Source: Clostridia bacterium
GTDB taxonomy: Bacteria > Bacillota > Clostridia > Lachnospirales > Anaerotignaceae
DNA length: 64,000 bases
Reading direction: 5' to 3'
Assembly: GCA_022786605.1 (NCBI GenBank)
Contig: JALFWW010000018.1
Coordinates: 7,558 to 71,557, forward strand
In this document: positions 38,440 to 48,301 of the stretch, one piece after another
How the letters are laid out: every line of letters begins with the position of its first letter
Numbering within the stretch: position 1 is the first letter of the stretch
Notes under the pieces: model-generated
What the model saw: the letters and a program-made list of their open reading frames with translations, nothing else
Databases searched by the model: none
What the model was told of the DNA's origin: nothing
Program-made: the position numbers and the translations under genes

Positions 38440-38952
38440 ATGAAAAAAATGAAACTATATATGCTCTGTGGCGCACTGGTTTTGGGACTTGCTGCCTGTC
38501 AGGCAGAAAAAGAACCTGTTACCACACCCCCTACGGGAGAAGCTGCCATTGAAGCACAGGCATCTGTTTTCCAGTCCCTGCGCATGGCAAATGGAAACGC
38601 CCTTGCCGTCAGTCTGGAGGCTACCCCCACAGAAACGGAAACACCCTTTTTCTACATAGAAGCCGCTGGGGATACAGAAGTGACTTTATACTATAACTTC
38701 ACCAAAGCTGCCGGTGATGCCCAGATCGGCTGTTACGCCGAAGGCAGTCGGGAAAAAATGTCCGTTCCGCTGGATTCTTCCGCCGTAACGGAAGAAGTCA
38801 ACAATGAACTGACACTGACACTGAACAAAGGCATGAATGTGTTCTATATCACCGGGGACGGATGCGCCTGCAATCTGAGCTGCGAAATCAGCGGCATAGA
38901 CCAAAAAGACATTTACTATGCCGACACAAAACCAAAGGATATTGCCCCCTGA
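38440..38952 (+). CDS. hypothetical lipoprotein
   Basis: GAGGTG RBS; lipobox LAAC; beta-rich. Confidence 0.75.
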   Translation: MKKMKLYMLCGALVLGLAACQAEKEPVTTPPTGEAAIEAQASVFQSLRMANGNALAVSLEATPTETETPFFYIEAAGDTEVTLYYNFTKAAGDAQIGCYAEGSREKMSVPLDSSAVTEEVNNELTLTLNKGMNVFYITGDGCACNLSCEISGIDQKDIYYADTKPKDIAP

Positions 38953-38997
38953 TGACAAAAAGCTGGAATCTTCTTATGGAAGTTTCCAGCTTTTGTT

Positions 38998-41364
38998 TTA
39001 TTTCTTCCGCATAGCGTTGAGGATCGCCAGCACTGCCACGCCTACATCGGCAAACACTGCCATCCACATGGTCGCCATGCCCAAAGCCCCCAGAAGGAGC
39101 ACCAGAATTTTCACGCCCAGAGCAAAAACGATATTCTGCATAACGATTTTTCGGGTGTTTTTGGCAATGCGCAGACCCACAGAGATTTTCCGCAGATCAT
39201 CATCCATAAGTACCACATCCGCCGCCTCCATGGCAGCGTCGGAGCCCATGGCACCCATGGCAATGCCCACATCTGCCCCTGCCAGCACAGGCGCGTCGTT
39301 GATGCCGTCCCCGACAAAAGCGGTTTTGGCGCCTTCTTCCATTTCCGGCAGGTTTTCCAGAATATGCAGCTTATCCGCCGGCAGCAATTCCGCATAGATG
39401 CGATGGATGCCAAGGGTCTTGCCCACTTTTTCCGCCGCTGCTTTGCCGTCGCCAGTGAGCATGACTGTTTCTGTAACGCCATAAGGTGTCAGCGCCGCCA
39501 ACGCCTCTGCCGCACCGTCCTTGATGGTATCATCCACCAGCAAATAGCCCTGATAAATGCCGTCTTTTGCCACATAGACCACAGAACCGCTTCCCACAGC
39601 TTCGGGACAGGCAACGCCTTCTTTTTCCATCAAACGGCGATTTCCCAAAGCCAGATGGGCACCCTTCCACTGACAGGTGATACCCATACCGCCCTGTTCC
39701 GCGTAATCTGTTACCCCTTCGGGCTGTCTGCCTGTTTCTGTTTCATAGTGTTTCGCAATGGCACAGGCAACGGGATGATTGGAAAGGCTTTCCCCTGCCG
39801 CCGCCATTTCCAGCAGAGCCGCCGGATTTTCGCCTTCGATTTTTGTGACCGTAAACCGCCCTTTTGTGAGGGTACCTGTTTTGTCAAATACGATTCGTTT
39901 TGTATGGCAAAGAGTATCCAGCACATTGCCGCCTTTGATGAGGATGCCGTTTTTGGACGCGGCACCAACGCCGGCGAAATAACTCAAAGGCACAGACAAT
40001 ACCAAAGCACAAGGACAGGATACAACCAGAAAAATCAGCGCACGCCCAATCCACTGGGAAAAAGCGCCCTGCCCCAGAATAGGCGGTACCACTGCCAAAA
40101 GCACTGCCAGACCCACCACCGCAGGTGTGTATACCCGTGCAAAGCGTGTGATGAATTTTTCTGTCTTGGATTTCCGTCCGGCGGCGTTTTCCACCAGTTC
40201 CAGAATCTTCATGACGGTGGACTCTCCGAAGGGTTTTGTCACTTCCACATGGAGCAGACCATCCTGATTGATACATCCGCTGAGGACAGTACTGCCTGTT
40301 TCTACCTCTCTGGGCAGAGATTCCCCGGTGAGGGCTGCTGTATCCAGAAGGGCACTGCCTTCTACCACCGTACCGTCCAGAGGGATTTTCTCCCCTGCTT
40401 TTACCACAATCACGTCACCGATTGCTACCTGTTCCGGTGAAACCTTCCGCAGACTGCCGTCAGATGTCAGCACATGGGCAAAATCCGGTCGGATATCCAT
40501 GAGTGCCGTAATGGAGCGACGAGAACGACGGACTGCGTAATCCTGAAAGGCTTCCCCCACCTGATAAAAGAGCATAACGAATACGGCTTCGCTCATTTCA
40601 CCAATGACCATGGCGCCTACTGTAGAAAGGGACATGAGGAAGTTTTCATCAAACACCTGCCCTTTGAAAATGTTCTTCAATGCCTGCAAAATGACATCAT
40701 AGCCAAAAATGGCATAAGAAATCAAAAACAGCGCTGTCTGCCCCTGTTTCTGCCAAAGACAAGCTGCCACAAAAAACGCCACCCCCACACCAAAGCGGAA
40801 GATGAGCTTTTTGCCTGCTACTTCTTCGTGAGAATGTGTATGCCCGCAGCAATCTCCGTCACAATGTCCATGGGCAATATTGCAGGTCTGTCCCTGTTCC
40901 GCCAAAGACACTTCCACGTCTTTTTCGTATTTGTGTACGGTTTCTGTTACTTTTTCCAGCAGCTTTTCTCGGTCTGCTTCCGCAGTGGGCACCAGACGCA
41001 TTTCCTGTTTCAGCAGATTGATTTCCGCTTCTTTCGTTTCCGGCATCTCTCCCACGGCTTTTTCGATTTTCCCCGCGCAGTTGGCACAGGTCAGCCCTTT
41101 CAGGGAAATGGTCATTTCTCCTTGGGGCTTTTTCTTTTCCACAAGGGATACTTCCACATCCCTTTCGTACTTGTGTACGGCCTCTGTTACTTTTTCCAGC
41201 AGCTTTGTCTGGTCTGCTTCTGCCGCAGGCACCAGCCGCATCTCCTGTTTCAGCAGATTGATTTCCGCCTCTTTTGTTTCCGGCATTTCTCCCACCGCTT
41301 TTTCAATTTTCCCCGCACAGTTGGCACAGGTCAGCCCTTTCAGGGATATGGTCATTTCTTTCAT
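38998..41364 (-). CDS. cadA: Zn/Cd/Pb-type heavy-metal P1B ATPase with two HMA domains
   Basis: GLTCANC x2, TGES, CPC, DKTGT, HP, GDGINDAP; TM Lys and ADVG fit P1B-2. Confidence 0.9.
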   Translation of the reverse strand: MKEMTISLKGLTCANCAGKIEKAVGEMPETKEAEINLLKQEMRLVPAAEADQTKLLEKVTEAVHKYERDVEVSLVEKKKPQGEMTISLKGLTCANCAGKIEKAVGEMPETKEAEINLLKQEMRLVPTAEADREKLLEKVTETVHKYEKDVEVSLAEQGQTCNIAHGHCDGDCCGHTHSHEEVAGKKLIFRFGVGVAFFVAACLWQKQGQTALFLISYAIFGYDVILQALKNIFKGQVFDENFLMSLSTVGAMVIGEMSEAVFVMLFYQVGEAFQDYAVRRSRRSITALMDIRPDFAHVLTSDGSLRKVSPEQVAIGDVIVVKAGEKIPLDGTVVEGSALLDTAALTGESLPREVETGSTVLSGCINQDGLLHVEVTKPFGESTVMKILELVENAAGRKSKTEKFITRFARVYTPAVVGLAVLLAVVPPILGQGAFSQWIGRALIFLVVSCPCALVLSVPLSYFAGVGAASKNGILIKGGNVLDTLCHTKRIVFDKTGTLTKGRFTVTKIEGENPAALLEMAAAGESLSNHPVACAIAKHYETETGRQPEGVTDYAEQGGMGITCQWKGAHLALGNRRLMEKEGVACPEAVGSGSVVYVAKDGIYQGYLLVDDTIKDGAAEALAALTPYGVTETVMLTGDGKAAAEKVGKTLGIHRIYAELLPADKLHILENLPEMEEGAKTAFVGDGINDAPVLAGADVGIAMGAMGSDAAMEAADVVLMDDDLRKISVGLRIAKNTRKIVMQNIVFALGVKILVLLLGALGMATMWMAVFADVGVAVLAILNAMRKK
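40885..41355 (-). repeat. 240-bp tandem duplication encoding two HMA domains
   Basis: MTISLKGLTCANCAGKIEKAVGEMPETKEAEINLLKQEMRLVP occurs twice; DNA nearly identical with a 240-bp period. Confidence 0.9.
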
Positions 41365-41395
41365 CTCTCACACCTCTGATCTGATTATATTTGAT

Positions 41396-41417
41396 TATAT
41401 GAGTAGTTATTCATATA
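41396..41417. promoter_or_regulatory. ArsR/SmtB-type operator before the ATPase
   Basis: TATATGA-gtagttat-TCATATA inverted repeat. Confidence 0.75.
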
Positions 41418-41462
41418 TTGCGCAAAAATTTTTGCGGGCGAAAGCGCTCTTCCGCCGCAAAA

Positions 41463-41804
41463 TCAATCTTCTTCATAGCCATATTTATGGCGAATATGGG
41501 TGGTACCCTGCTGCAGCACTGTCCGTACATGGTCGTCATCCAGAGAATAATAAACGGTTTTGCCTTCTTTCCGGTACCGCACCAAAGCGTTCTGCCGTAG
41601 CACCCGCAGCTGATGGGACACTGCCGACTGGGTCATATCCAACGCGTCTGCCAGTTCCCCCACATTCTGTTCCTGATCCATCAAAAGCCGCAGGATGCGG
41701 ATACGGGTGGCATCGCCAAAAACTTTGAAAAATTCCGCCAGGTCCTTGACAAAATCATTGTCCAGCTCCCGGATCATATCCACTTCTTCTCTATGCTGTT
41801 CCAT
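41463..41804 (-). CDS. ArsR/SmtB metal-sensing repressor (alpha5 site)
   Basis: FKVFGDATRIRIL, SAVSHQLRVL, DDHVRTVLQQGTTHIRH. Confidence 0.92.
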   Translation of the reverse strand: MEQHREEVDMIRELDNDFVKDLAEFFKVFGDATRIRILRLLMDQEQNVGELADALDMTQSAVSHQLRVLRQNALVRYRKEGKTVYYSLDDDHVRTVLQQGTTHIRHKYGYEED

Positions 41805-41823
41805 GGAGCTTCTGCCTCCCCTC

Positions 41824-41843
41824 ATTTGAATATCTGCTCATAT
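41824..41843. promoter_or_regulatory. second ArsR/SmtB-type operator (autoregulatory)
   Basis: Minus strand ATATGAGCAGATATTCAAAT resembles the box at 41396. Confidence 0.65.
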
Positions 41844-41859
41844 ATTAACATTTCGATTT

Positions 41860-42774
41860 TCATTTGTCAACGTCATTTTCAGATAGTCCCATCAGTTCCA
41901 CAAATCCCCGGAGCGCATGGGGCATGGCAACTTCTTTCAGCCGCACCATACCGATCTGCCGTTTTGGCACCGGCGGCACCAGCGGGATTTCATAAAGTCC
42001 CCCTGCAGAAAGGGCTTCTTTGGTAAATTCCCCAATGACAAAGGTCAATCCCAGATTGATTTTCGCAAAATTCACCAGCAGATCACTGCTGCCCAATTCC
42101 AGAATGGGATTCAGTTCCACACCGTTTTCTCTGGCGTATTTGTCCAAACAGCGGCGGGAATTGCTCAAATCCTCCAAAAGCAGCAGGGGATACTTGGGCA
42201 GACTGCGCACATCCAGCCCCACCTGTGACAAAGGGCGGTACCGCTCGCCGCCAATGAGCACATCCTGAATATCCATGCAGGGGGTCACATCCAAATCCGC
42301 TTCTCCTTCAATGGGCAGATTCACAAAGCACACATCCACACTGCCATTTCGCAGCAGACGCAAAGACTCATAAGTGGTCTTATTGGTGACTTTGATGCTG
42401 ATATCGGGAAAGCGCTTATGGTACTGTTCCAGATAAGGCAGCAGAAAGTGAGCGATGACAGAATCGCTGGCACCGATCTTCAATTCCCCTGTTTCCATGT
42501 TCAGCATCTGAAAATACTTGTCCTCTGCCGCCTGAATGAGTCCCATGGCTTGTGACAGATAGGTATAAAGTGTTTTCCCTTCCGCCGTAGGATAGACGCC
42601 CCGTGCCGTCCGCACCAGCAATTCGCCCCCCATACGTTCCTCCAGCTGCCGCACTGCCATGCTCACTGCCGGCTGGGAAATATAAAGCTCCTTTGCCGCT
42701 CGGGACATGTTCCCCGTCCGCACCACGGCACAGAAAATACGATATAGATCCAGTGAAATATCAGCCCTCATCAT
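41860..42774 (-). CDS. LysR-family regulator
   Basis: SRAAKELYISQPAVSMAVRQLEE HTH plus substrate-binding domain. Confidence 0.92.
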   Translation of the reverse strand: MMRADISLDLYRIFCAVVRTGNMSRAAKELYISQPAVSMAVRQLEERMGGELLVRTARGVYPTAEGKTLYTYLSQAMGLIQAAEDKYFQMLNMETGELKIGASDSVIAHFLLPYLEQYHKRFPDISIKVTNKTTYESLRLLRNGSVDVCFVNLPIEGEADLDVTPCMDIQDVLIGGERYRPLSQVGLDVRSLPKYPLLLLEDLSNSRRCLDKYARENGVELNPILELGSSDLLVNFAKINLGLTFVIGEFTKEALSAGGLYEIPLVPPVPKRQIGMVRLKEVAMPHALRGFVELMGLSENDVDK

Positions 42775-42907
42775 TTCATTCCTCTCTGCCTTTGACATTT
42801 TTCCTATGATAACCATTTCGCCGGAAAAATGTTTTTTCCTGCAAACAAACACAGAAAAAGAAAAAGTGCGAAACCCCTCCTGAAAAAGAGATTCCGCACT
42901 TATGATT

Positions 42908-44722
42908 TTATTGACCTACAGGCACCAGTGCCGGCTGTTCTGTGGCAAAGCTATCATCATTTGTCAAAACATCGGCTGACTGCTCTGCAAAAAGACCCAT
43001 GCCGCCGCCTTCCTGGGCTGTTTCATAATACATATCGCCATTCTGGAGGGTGAACATCTCCACCGCATCCATACCATTTTGTTTGAGGTGATAAAGTTCT
43101 TCACCGTACTTTACCACATCTTCCGCAATCAAATTCGTTGTCACATGCCCCTTGATGGCATCCATCACCGCCGGGATTTCTTTCAGATAGGCAGGGTTAC
43201 ATTTCTGACGGAACAATTCCATCAAAAATGCCTGCTGTACTTCAACGCGCTTCAAATCCCCTTCGGGATAGCCCTTCCGATACCGCAGGAGAGAAACGGC
43301 GTCTTTCCCGGACAATGTCTGTTCTCCCGCCTTCAGATCGATGAAAAGATCCTGATAGGGATCACTATAATACATATCCTGCGGCACTGTAAAGGTCACA
43401 CCACCCAAAGCGTCTATGACTGCTTCTGCCGCCGTCAAGTCCATCCGCACATAATCCTTTACAGGCCGTCCTGTGATTTCCGAAACCGTCTGAATGAGCT
43501 TTTCATCCCCATTTTCCTGAACCAGCAAATAGGGAATCTTCATGTTTTCTGTAACAAAAGTATCTCTGGGTATGGAATAGATGGTTGCCTTGCCTTCTTC
43601 GGACATTTCATAGGTGAAAATGGTATCGGCTCTGCCGCCTTCGTCTACGCCTACAAACAACAGACTGCCTTCTTCTGCCAGACCGCCGATTTCATCAGCC
43701 GTTTCCACCGCCGGTTCTTTTGTCACATAAGTTTCCCTGAGGGTACAGCCTGTCAGCCACGCTGCCCCCAAAAGTGCTGTCCCCACACAGACACTCAACA
43801 GTAATTTTTTCATCCCCACAGGTTTTTGATTGCGAATCATGGTAAACCTCCTTTGTAATTGTTTCTTCTCACTTGCCATTTGTGTAGTCAAAATTTGTTT
43901 TTTTGCCATTGCCACCGCCAAAAGCTCCAGGATCACCCGCATGTAGTCATCCCGTTTTGCCTGCTCCATAGACCGTACCACACACCAGTCACAGGAAATT
44001 TCACAGGCTTCCCGCATCTGCGCCGCCGCCACATAAACCATGGGATTGAACCAATGGATAGACGTTGCCAGAACCGCCACCCACCGCCAAAGAATATCCC
44101 CACGGCGGTAATGTACCAACTCATGACGCAGCACATAGGGCAAACAATTTTCTGTCAGGGCTGTTTCCGGCAGAATCAGCATCGGTCGTAAAACCCCCAT
44201 GACCATAGGCGAAACTGTTGCCGAAGTTCTGCTGACCCGAAGGCGTTTTGGTACCCCATCCAGCTCTATAGGCGTTCCTGTCCGGCGAATATATCTGCTG
44301 AAACGAACATAGCCTGTCAAACGGTATCCAAGGCTCCCCAAAGCCCCCAATACCCAAAGCACTGCCAGCACATCCCACCAAGGAACGGGCGGCAAAGCCG
44401 TTTCTTCCGTAAAAGGCAGAACTTCCCCCGCTGGTGCTCCAACAGTATCCACAGGCGCAGGCTGTTCTGTTACAGTCAGTTCCGCTTCCGCAGGCGGTAT
44501 CCTTTGTACCACTTGTTTCTCCACAGCAGGCTGCACAAGGGCAGGTACTTTCACGGAAACAGGTATCACCATCACCAACAGAACACCTACCCACAGCGCG
44601 TACTGCCATGTGGGCGAAAACTGTTTTCCTGTCCATTTTTTCAGTGCCAGCAAAACGCCCGTCAGCAGGCTTCCTGCCACAGAAAGCACCAAAAATATCT
44701 GAAACCATTCCGTCACCTTCAT
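42908..44722 (-). CDS. BlaR1-like M56 metallopeptidase fused to an LCP (LytR-CpsA-Psr) domain
   Basis: HELVH, HWFNP, EISCD, LQRRF; then VGVD...RADT, SIPRDT, LRYRKGYPEGDLKRVEVQQ. Confidence 0.85.
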   Translation of the reverse strand: MKVTEWFQIFLVLSVAGSLLTGVLLALKKWTGKQFSPTWQYALWVGVLLVMVIPVSVKVPALVQPAVEKQVVQRIPPAEAELTVTEQPAPVDTVGAPAGEVLPFTEETALPPVPWWDVLAVLWVLGALGSLGYRLTGYVRFSRYIRRTGTPIELDGVPKRLRVSRTSATVSPMVMGVLRPMLILPETALTENCLPYVLRHELVHYRRGDILWRWVAVLATSIHWFNPMVYVAAAQMREACEISCDWCVVRSMEQAKRDDYMRVILELLAVAMAKKQILTTQMASEKKQLQRRFTMIRNQKPVGMKKLLLSVCVGTALLGAAWLTGCTLRETYVTKEPAVETADEIGGLAEEGSLLFVGVDEGGRADTIFTYEMSEEGKATIYSIPRDTFVTENMKIPYLLVQENGDEKLIQTVSEITGRPVKDYVRMDLTAAEAVIDALGGVTFTVPQDMYYSDPYQDLFIDLKAGEQTLSGKDAVSLLRYRKGYPEGDLKRVEVQQAFLMELFRQKCNPAYLKEIPAVMDAIKGHVTTNLIAEDVVKYGEELYHLKQNGMDAVEMFTLQNGDMYYETAQEGGGMGLFAEQSADVLTNDDSFATEQPALVPVGQ

Positions 44723-44758
44723 TCCCTCCTTTCTGATTTCCTCCTTTCTTCGGAAACA

Positions 44759-45124
44759 TCACAGGCCGAACATTTTCCGAATGTCCTCCAAGTCCTCTTT
44801 TGTCATGTTCCCCCCTTGGAACAGGGACACTGCCAGTTCCTTTGCGGAACCGTGATAAAGTCTGTCAATGAGCGTTTCCGTCTGTTCCTTCTGATAGGCT
44901 TCCCGTTCCCATACAGGGCAGTAGTAGATGATGCGGTTTTTCTTCTCCGACACAACGGCGCCTTTTTCCGCCATGCGCAGCAGCAATGTGCCTACGGTGT
45001 TGTACTTCCACTTCTTGTTTGCCAAACGGTCGCAGACATCCTGTATTTTCAATGGCTCTTCCGCTTCCCAAAGCACTTGCAACACTTCCAGTTCCGCTTC
45101 GCTGATTTTCATTTTTTCCTCCAT
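44759..45124 (-). CDS. BlaI/MecI/CopY repressor
   Basis: ISEAELEVLQVLW, WKYNTVGTLLLRMAEKG. Confidence 0.93.
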   Translation of the reverse strand: MEEKMKISEAELEVLQVLWEAEEPLKIQDVCDRLANKKWKYNTVGTLLLRMAEKGAVVSEKKNRIIYYCPVWEREAYQKEQTETLIDRLYHGSAKELAVSLFQGGNMTKEDLEDIRKMFGL

Positions 45125-45146
45125 GTTGGTTTCGCCTCCCTTCTCT

Positions 45147-45180
45147 TACGTTTGTAGTTTAATTATAACTTACAACTGTA
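45147..45180. promoter_or_regulatory. two BlaI/CopY-type boxes
   Basis: TACGttTGTA (45147-45156) and TACAacTGTA (45171-45180), next to minus-strand TTGACA at 45190-45195. Confidence 0.75.
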
Positions 45181-45277
45181 GGAGCATTTTGTCAATGTTT
45201 TTTTGCAACTTTCGAAAAATGTAAGAAACCCATACAAAAAAAGAGCCTGTTTTCAAAAACAAGCTCTTTACTAAAGT

Positions 45278-46117
45278 TTACGCTTTTTTGATAAAGGCAA
45301 TGCCAACAATACCGGGACCGGCATGGGTGCCTACCACACAGCCAATGTCCCCATAGAGCTGGGTTCTGCCTTCAATGAGATCGCCGCAGACTTCTTTGAA
45401 TTTTTCATAGTTTTCCATGGACTGGGCATGACCAAGGAGCACAGGATAAGCGTCATCAATGCCTTCTTCCTCCACCATCTGCTTCAACTGGGCATACATC
45501 TTTTTGTTACCTCTGGCTTTGCCTAGCATGAGCACTTTTCCATCCAGAATACCCATGAGAGGGCGGATGTTCAGCATGGTGCCCAATGCTGCCGCTGTGC
45601 CGGAAAGTCTGCCGCCTTTTTTCAGATATTCCAATGTTTCGATACCGGCGCAGATGCGCACACGGCTGGTGAGACCTTCCAGTTCCGCCATGATCTCCGC
45701 CGCTGTTTTGCCTTCTTTTGCTCTCTGGGCTGCGATTTCTACCAACAGCCCCAGAGAAAGGCAGGTGGTGCGGGAATCCAGAATATGGATTTCATCCCGT
45801 TCCATGGTGTTTTTGGCAATATTGGCAGACTGTACCGTACCGCTCAATTCCGAAGAAATCAGCAGACACACCACTTCGTCCGCTTCTTCCAGCGCCGCCG
45901 TAAAGACTTCCTCAAAAGTATGAGGTGTGGGCTGGGCAGTGGTAGGGAAAGATTTTTCCGTCCGCAGTTTTTCATAAAATTCCGGCTTGCTTAAGTTCAC
46001 ACCGTCTAAATAAATATCATTGCCAATATGCACCGTCAAAGGCACACAAATGACACCAATTTCCTCCATACGTTCCTTTGTCAGGTCGCAGGTGCTGTCT
46101 GTTATGATTCTTACCAT
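45278..46117 (-). CDS. DegV/FakB fatty-acid-binding protein
   Basis: ITDSTCDL, TAQP, SSELSGT, LKKGGR, THAGPG. Confidence 0.93.
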   Translation of the reverse strand: MVRIITDSTCDLTKERMEEIGVICVPLTVHIGNDIYLDGVNLSKPEFYEKLRTEKSFPTTAQPTPHTFEEVFTAALEEADEVVCLLISSELSGTVQSANIAKNTMERDEIHILDSRTTCLSLGLLVEIAAQRAKEGKTAAEIMAELEGLTSRVRICAGIETLEYLKKGGRLSGTAAALGTMLNIRPLMGILDGKVLMLGKARGNKKMYAQLKQMVEEEGIDDAYPVLLGHAQSMENYEKFKEVCGDLIEGRTQLYGDIGCVVGTHAGPGIVGIAFIKKA

Positions 46118-46363
46118 GGGGTTCTCCCTCCTCATTTATATAAAACCAGTTTTTTACACCATTCAAAAATATATCTAACTCTAATTATAATAGTTTCAAA
46201 AACTACGTCAATAGATTCTCCAAAAATACAGAGAATCTTTCTAGGTTTTTCAATGAAATGTAAGAATTTGCGCAAAAAAGCCCCACTTTCCAAAAAAAAT
46301 AGCCGGAACTCCTTTTATTCCAAGGATTCCGGCTATCTTCATTTTCTTATATTTTTCTTTTTA

Positions 46364-46666
46364 TCACCAGTTCAGATATCCCAATGCCTCCCACGCTTCT
46401 AGTGTAAACTGGGCTGCCGCCATCATCATGGCAAAGAGTGCAAGGATAATCATCATCACAATGGCGCCTTTGTCATAGACCCATTTGGTTTCCGACTGCC
46501 GCAGGCTCAGGAGTGTTTCCACCCCCAGAGAGATCAGCAGCAGCGGCCAGAACCGTAATATCAGACCATAGGACAGACCATCCCAAAAGGTATGCACCAA
46601 AAACAATGTGCCGAACACCAACAGACCGCCGCCCAAGGTAACAGAACCAATCCGACGTGTTGTCAT
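46364..46666 (-). CDS. small membrane protein (LiaF/LiaI-like TM region)
   Basis: RRIGSVTLG...FWPLLLISLGVE; 3 TM; last gene of the ECF operon. Confidence 0.65.
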   Translation of the reverse strand: MTTRRIGSVTLGGGLLVFGTLFLVHTFWDGLSYGLILRFWPLLLISLGVETLLSLRQSETKWVYDKGAIVMMIILALFAMMMAAAQFTLEAWEALGYLNW

Positions 46667-46669
46667 TTC

Positions 46670-47215
46670 TTACACCTCCTCGTCTTCGTCCTTATCCTCC
46701 ACATCTGCTTTTTTCGCAGGTGTTCCACGAAGCATCCGCACACCAACGTAAAGAATCAAAGCCGCAATGACCAAACGAGGCAGCAGGTTTTGCAGACTCC
46801 ACAAAATCTCTCTGAAGAAGTCCGGCAAAATCCAGCCAAACAGATCCAGCACGCTGTTCCACAGCAGAATGACACCAACCACTACCAAAACGATTGCAAG
46901 GACTTTTTTGCGGTTTTCTGTCAATGCACCCAACTGAAAATCACGGTCATCGAAGAACAGAATCTTATCTTCCAGTGCATGAAATTCTTCCGGCGGCAGG
47001 CTCCGCAGGTGATGGACATGGAAGAAGCTGTAAAACCAAATCAAAGGCAGCAAAATCATCAGTTCCTCTATGCCCAGAAAAGAAGCTACAATGCTGACTA
47101 CTGCGCACAGCCCCATGAGGCTCAAACCCTGCTTGAAAAAGCCCATATACATTTCCCCGGCACCGGGGATCAGTGAAAATATAAATGTCCAAAATCCGTT
47201 TTTCTTATTTGCCAT
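46670..47215 (-). CDS. membrane protein
   Basis: IPGAGEMYMGFFKQG (TM2-like); about 4 TM. Confidence 0.75.
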   Translation of the reverse strand: MANKKNGFWTFIFSLIPGAGEMYMGFFKQGLSLMGLCAVVSIVASFLGIEELMILLPLIWFYSFFHVHHLRSLPPEEFHALEDKILFFDDRDFQLGALTENRKKVLAIVLVVVGVILLWNSVLDLFGWILPDFFREILWSLQNLLPRLVIAALILYVGVRMLRGTPAKKADVEDKDEDEEV

Positions 47216-47621
47216 AATCCAATACCTCCGTAATCTGTTTCATCGCGAAATCGGAAAAGCCTGTCACGCCATCGCTGAGGATTTTCGTTCCCTTCTGCAT
47301 ATAATCCAGCAGGCTTTCCTTTTCTTCTTCCTCCTGTACCATCTGCTGTGCCTTGCCATAAGGGGATTGTTCGTAAGAACCATGTCCCATGGGCAGTGCC
47401 AGCAGCACCAAAGACGCTGCCATTGCTGCGCCGATCTTCAATTGATAAAAAATCCGTTTCGTTTTCGAAGAAAACCGGATATCCTCTCGATTTTCCTCCT
47501 CCAGTCTGGCGATTTTCTCCATAACGCCCCTCTCCAGTGACGGCGGCGCCTGCAGCAGACCGCCCTGCTCCAGTTGCATGATCATTTGTTCTAATTGTTC
47601 CTCTGTGAAACGCTGTCCCAT
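47205..47621 (-). CDS. probable membrane anti-sigma factor
   Basis: Overlaps the ECF sigma gene; APPSLERGVM motif, one TM. Confidence 0.6.
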   Translation of the reverse strand: MGQRFTEEQLEQMIMQLEQGGLLQAPPSLERGVMEKIARLEEENREDIRFSSKTKRIFYQLKIGAAMAASLVLLALPMGHGSYEQSPYGKAQQMVQEEEEKESLLDYMQKGTKILSDGVTGFSDFAMKQITEVLDYGK

Positions 47622-48163
47622 GGCATCTGCTCCTTTCCGTATATTTTCTGTAATCTGGCACGGGCACGGTAAATTTGTGTCTGTACCGTTTTGATGTTTT
47701 TGTTCTGCTCTGTGGCAATTTCCTCGGGGCTTTTCTCCTGACAGAAATATGCCACGGCAATGTCCCGGTAAGGCGGCTTCAGACTTTCACAGGCTCTTTG
47801 CAGCTCTGCCTGCACTTCCTCCGCCAATACTTTGTTTTCCACATTTTCTCCGTCCGCCAGTTCCAAAAAGACATTTTCGTCCTGTGGGATGGCGCCCCGA
47901 CGGTTTTTCCTCTGGAAATCCAAACATTTATTCATGGCAATGCGGCATAGCCACGCCTTTTCGTGCTGACCGTCAAAAGAGTCCAGATGCTCATAGGCCG
48001 CCACAAATGTTTCCTGTGCCAAATCCTCCGCTTCAAAATAATTCTGCGTCATTTGATAGCAGAGGGAAAAGATCAAATTTTGATAATCGCTGAGCAGTAT
48101 GGCGATTTGTTTTTCCCTGTCGATACGCTCACCCCCTTTTTCTTCTGTGTATTTTCTTTTCAT
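47591..48163 (-). CDS. ECF RNA polymerase sigma factor (start uncertain: ATG 48163 or ATC 48124)
   Basis: AEDLAQETF, WLCRIAMNKCLD (region 2); EIA...TVQTQIYRAR (region 4). Confidence 0.9.
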   Translation of the reverse strand: MKRKYTEEKGGERIDREKQIAILLSDYQNLIFSLCYQMTQNYFEAEDLAQETFVAAYEHLDSFDGQHEKAWLCRIAMNKCLDFQRKNRRGAIPQDENVFLELADGENVENKVLAEEVQAELQRACESLKPPYRDIAVAYFCQEKSPEEIATEQNKNIKTVQTQIYRARARLQKIYGKEQMPWDSVSQRNN

Positions 48164-48301
48164 ACTCTAAAACGATGGTACTTTCCTTTTTTCTTCAACT
48201 TTTCGCAACCTTAAAGAAATCTTAAAAGACTGGCGAAAAAAACAAAGAAAGCCGGAACCCCCGAAAGGATTCCAGCTATCAGATTTTTCATAAATTGTTT
48301 T

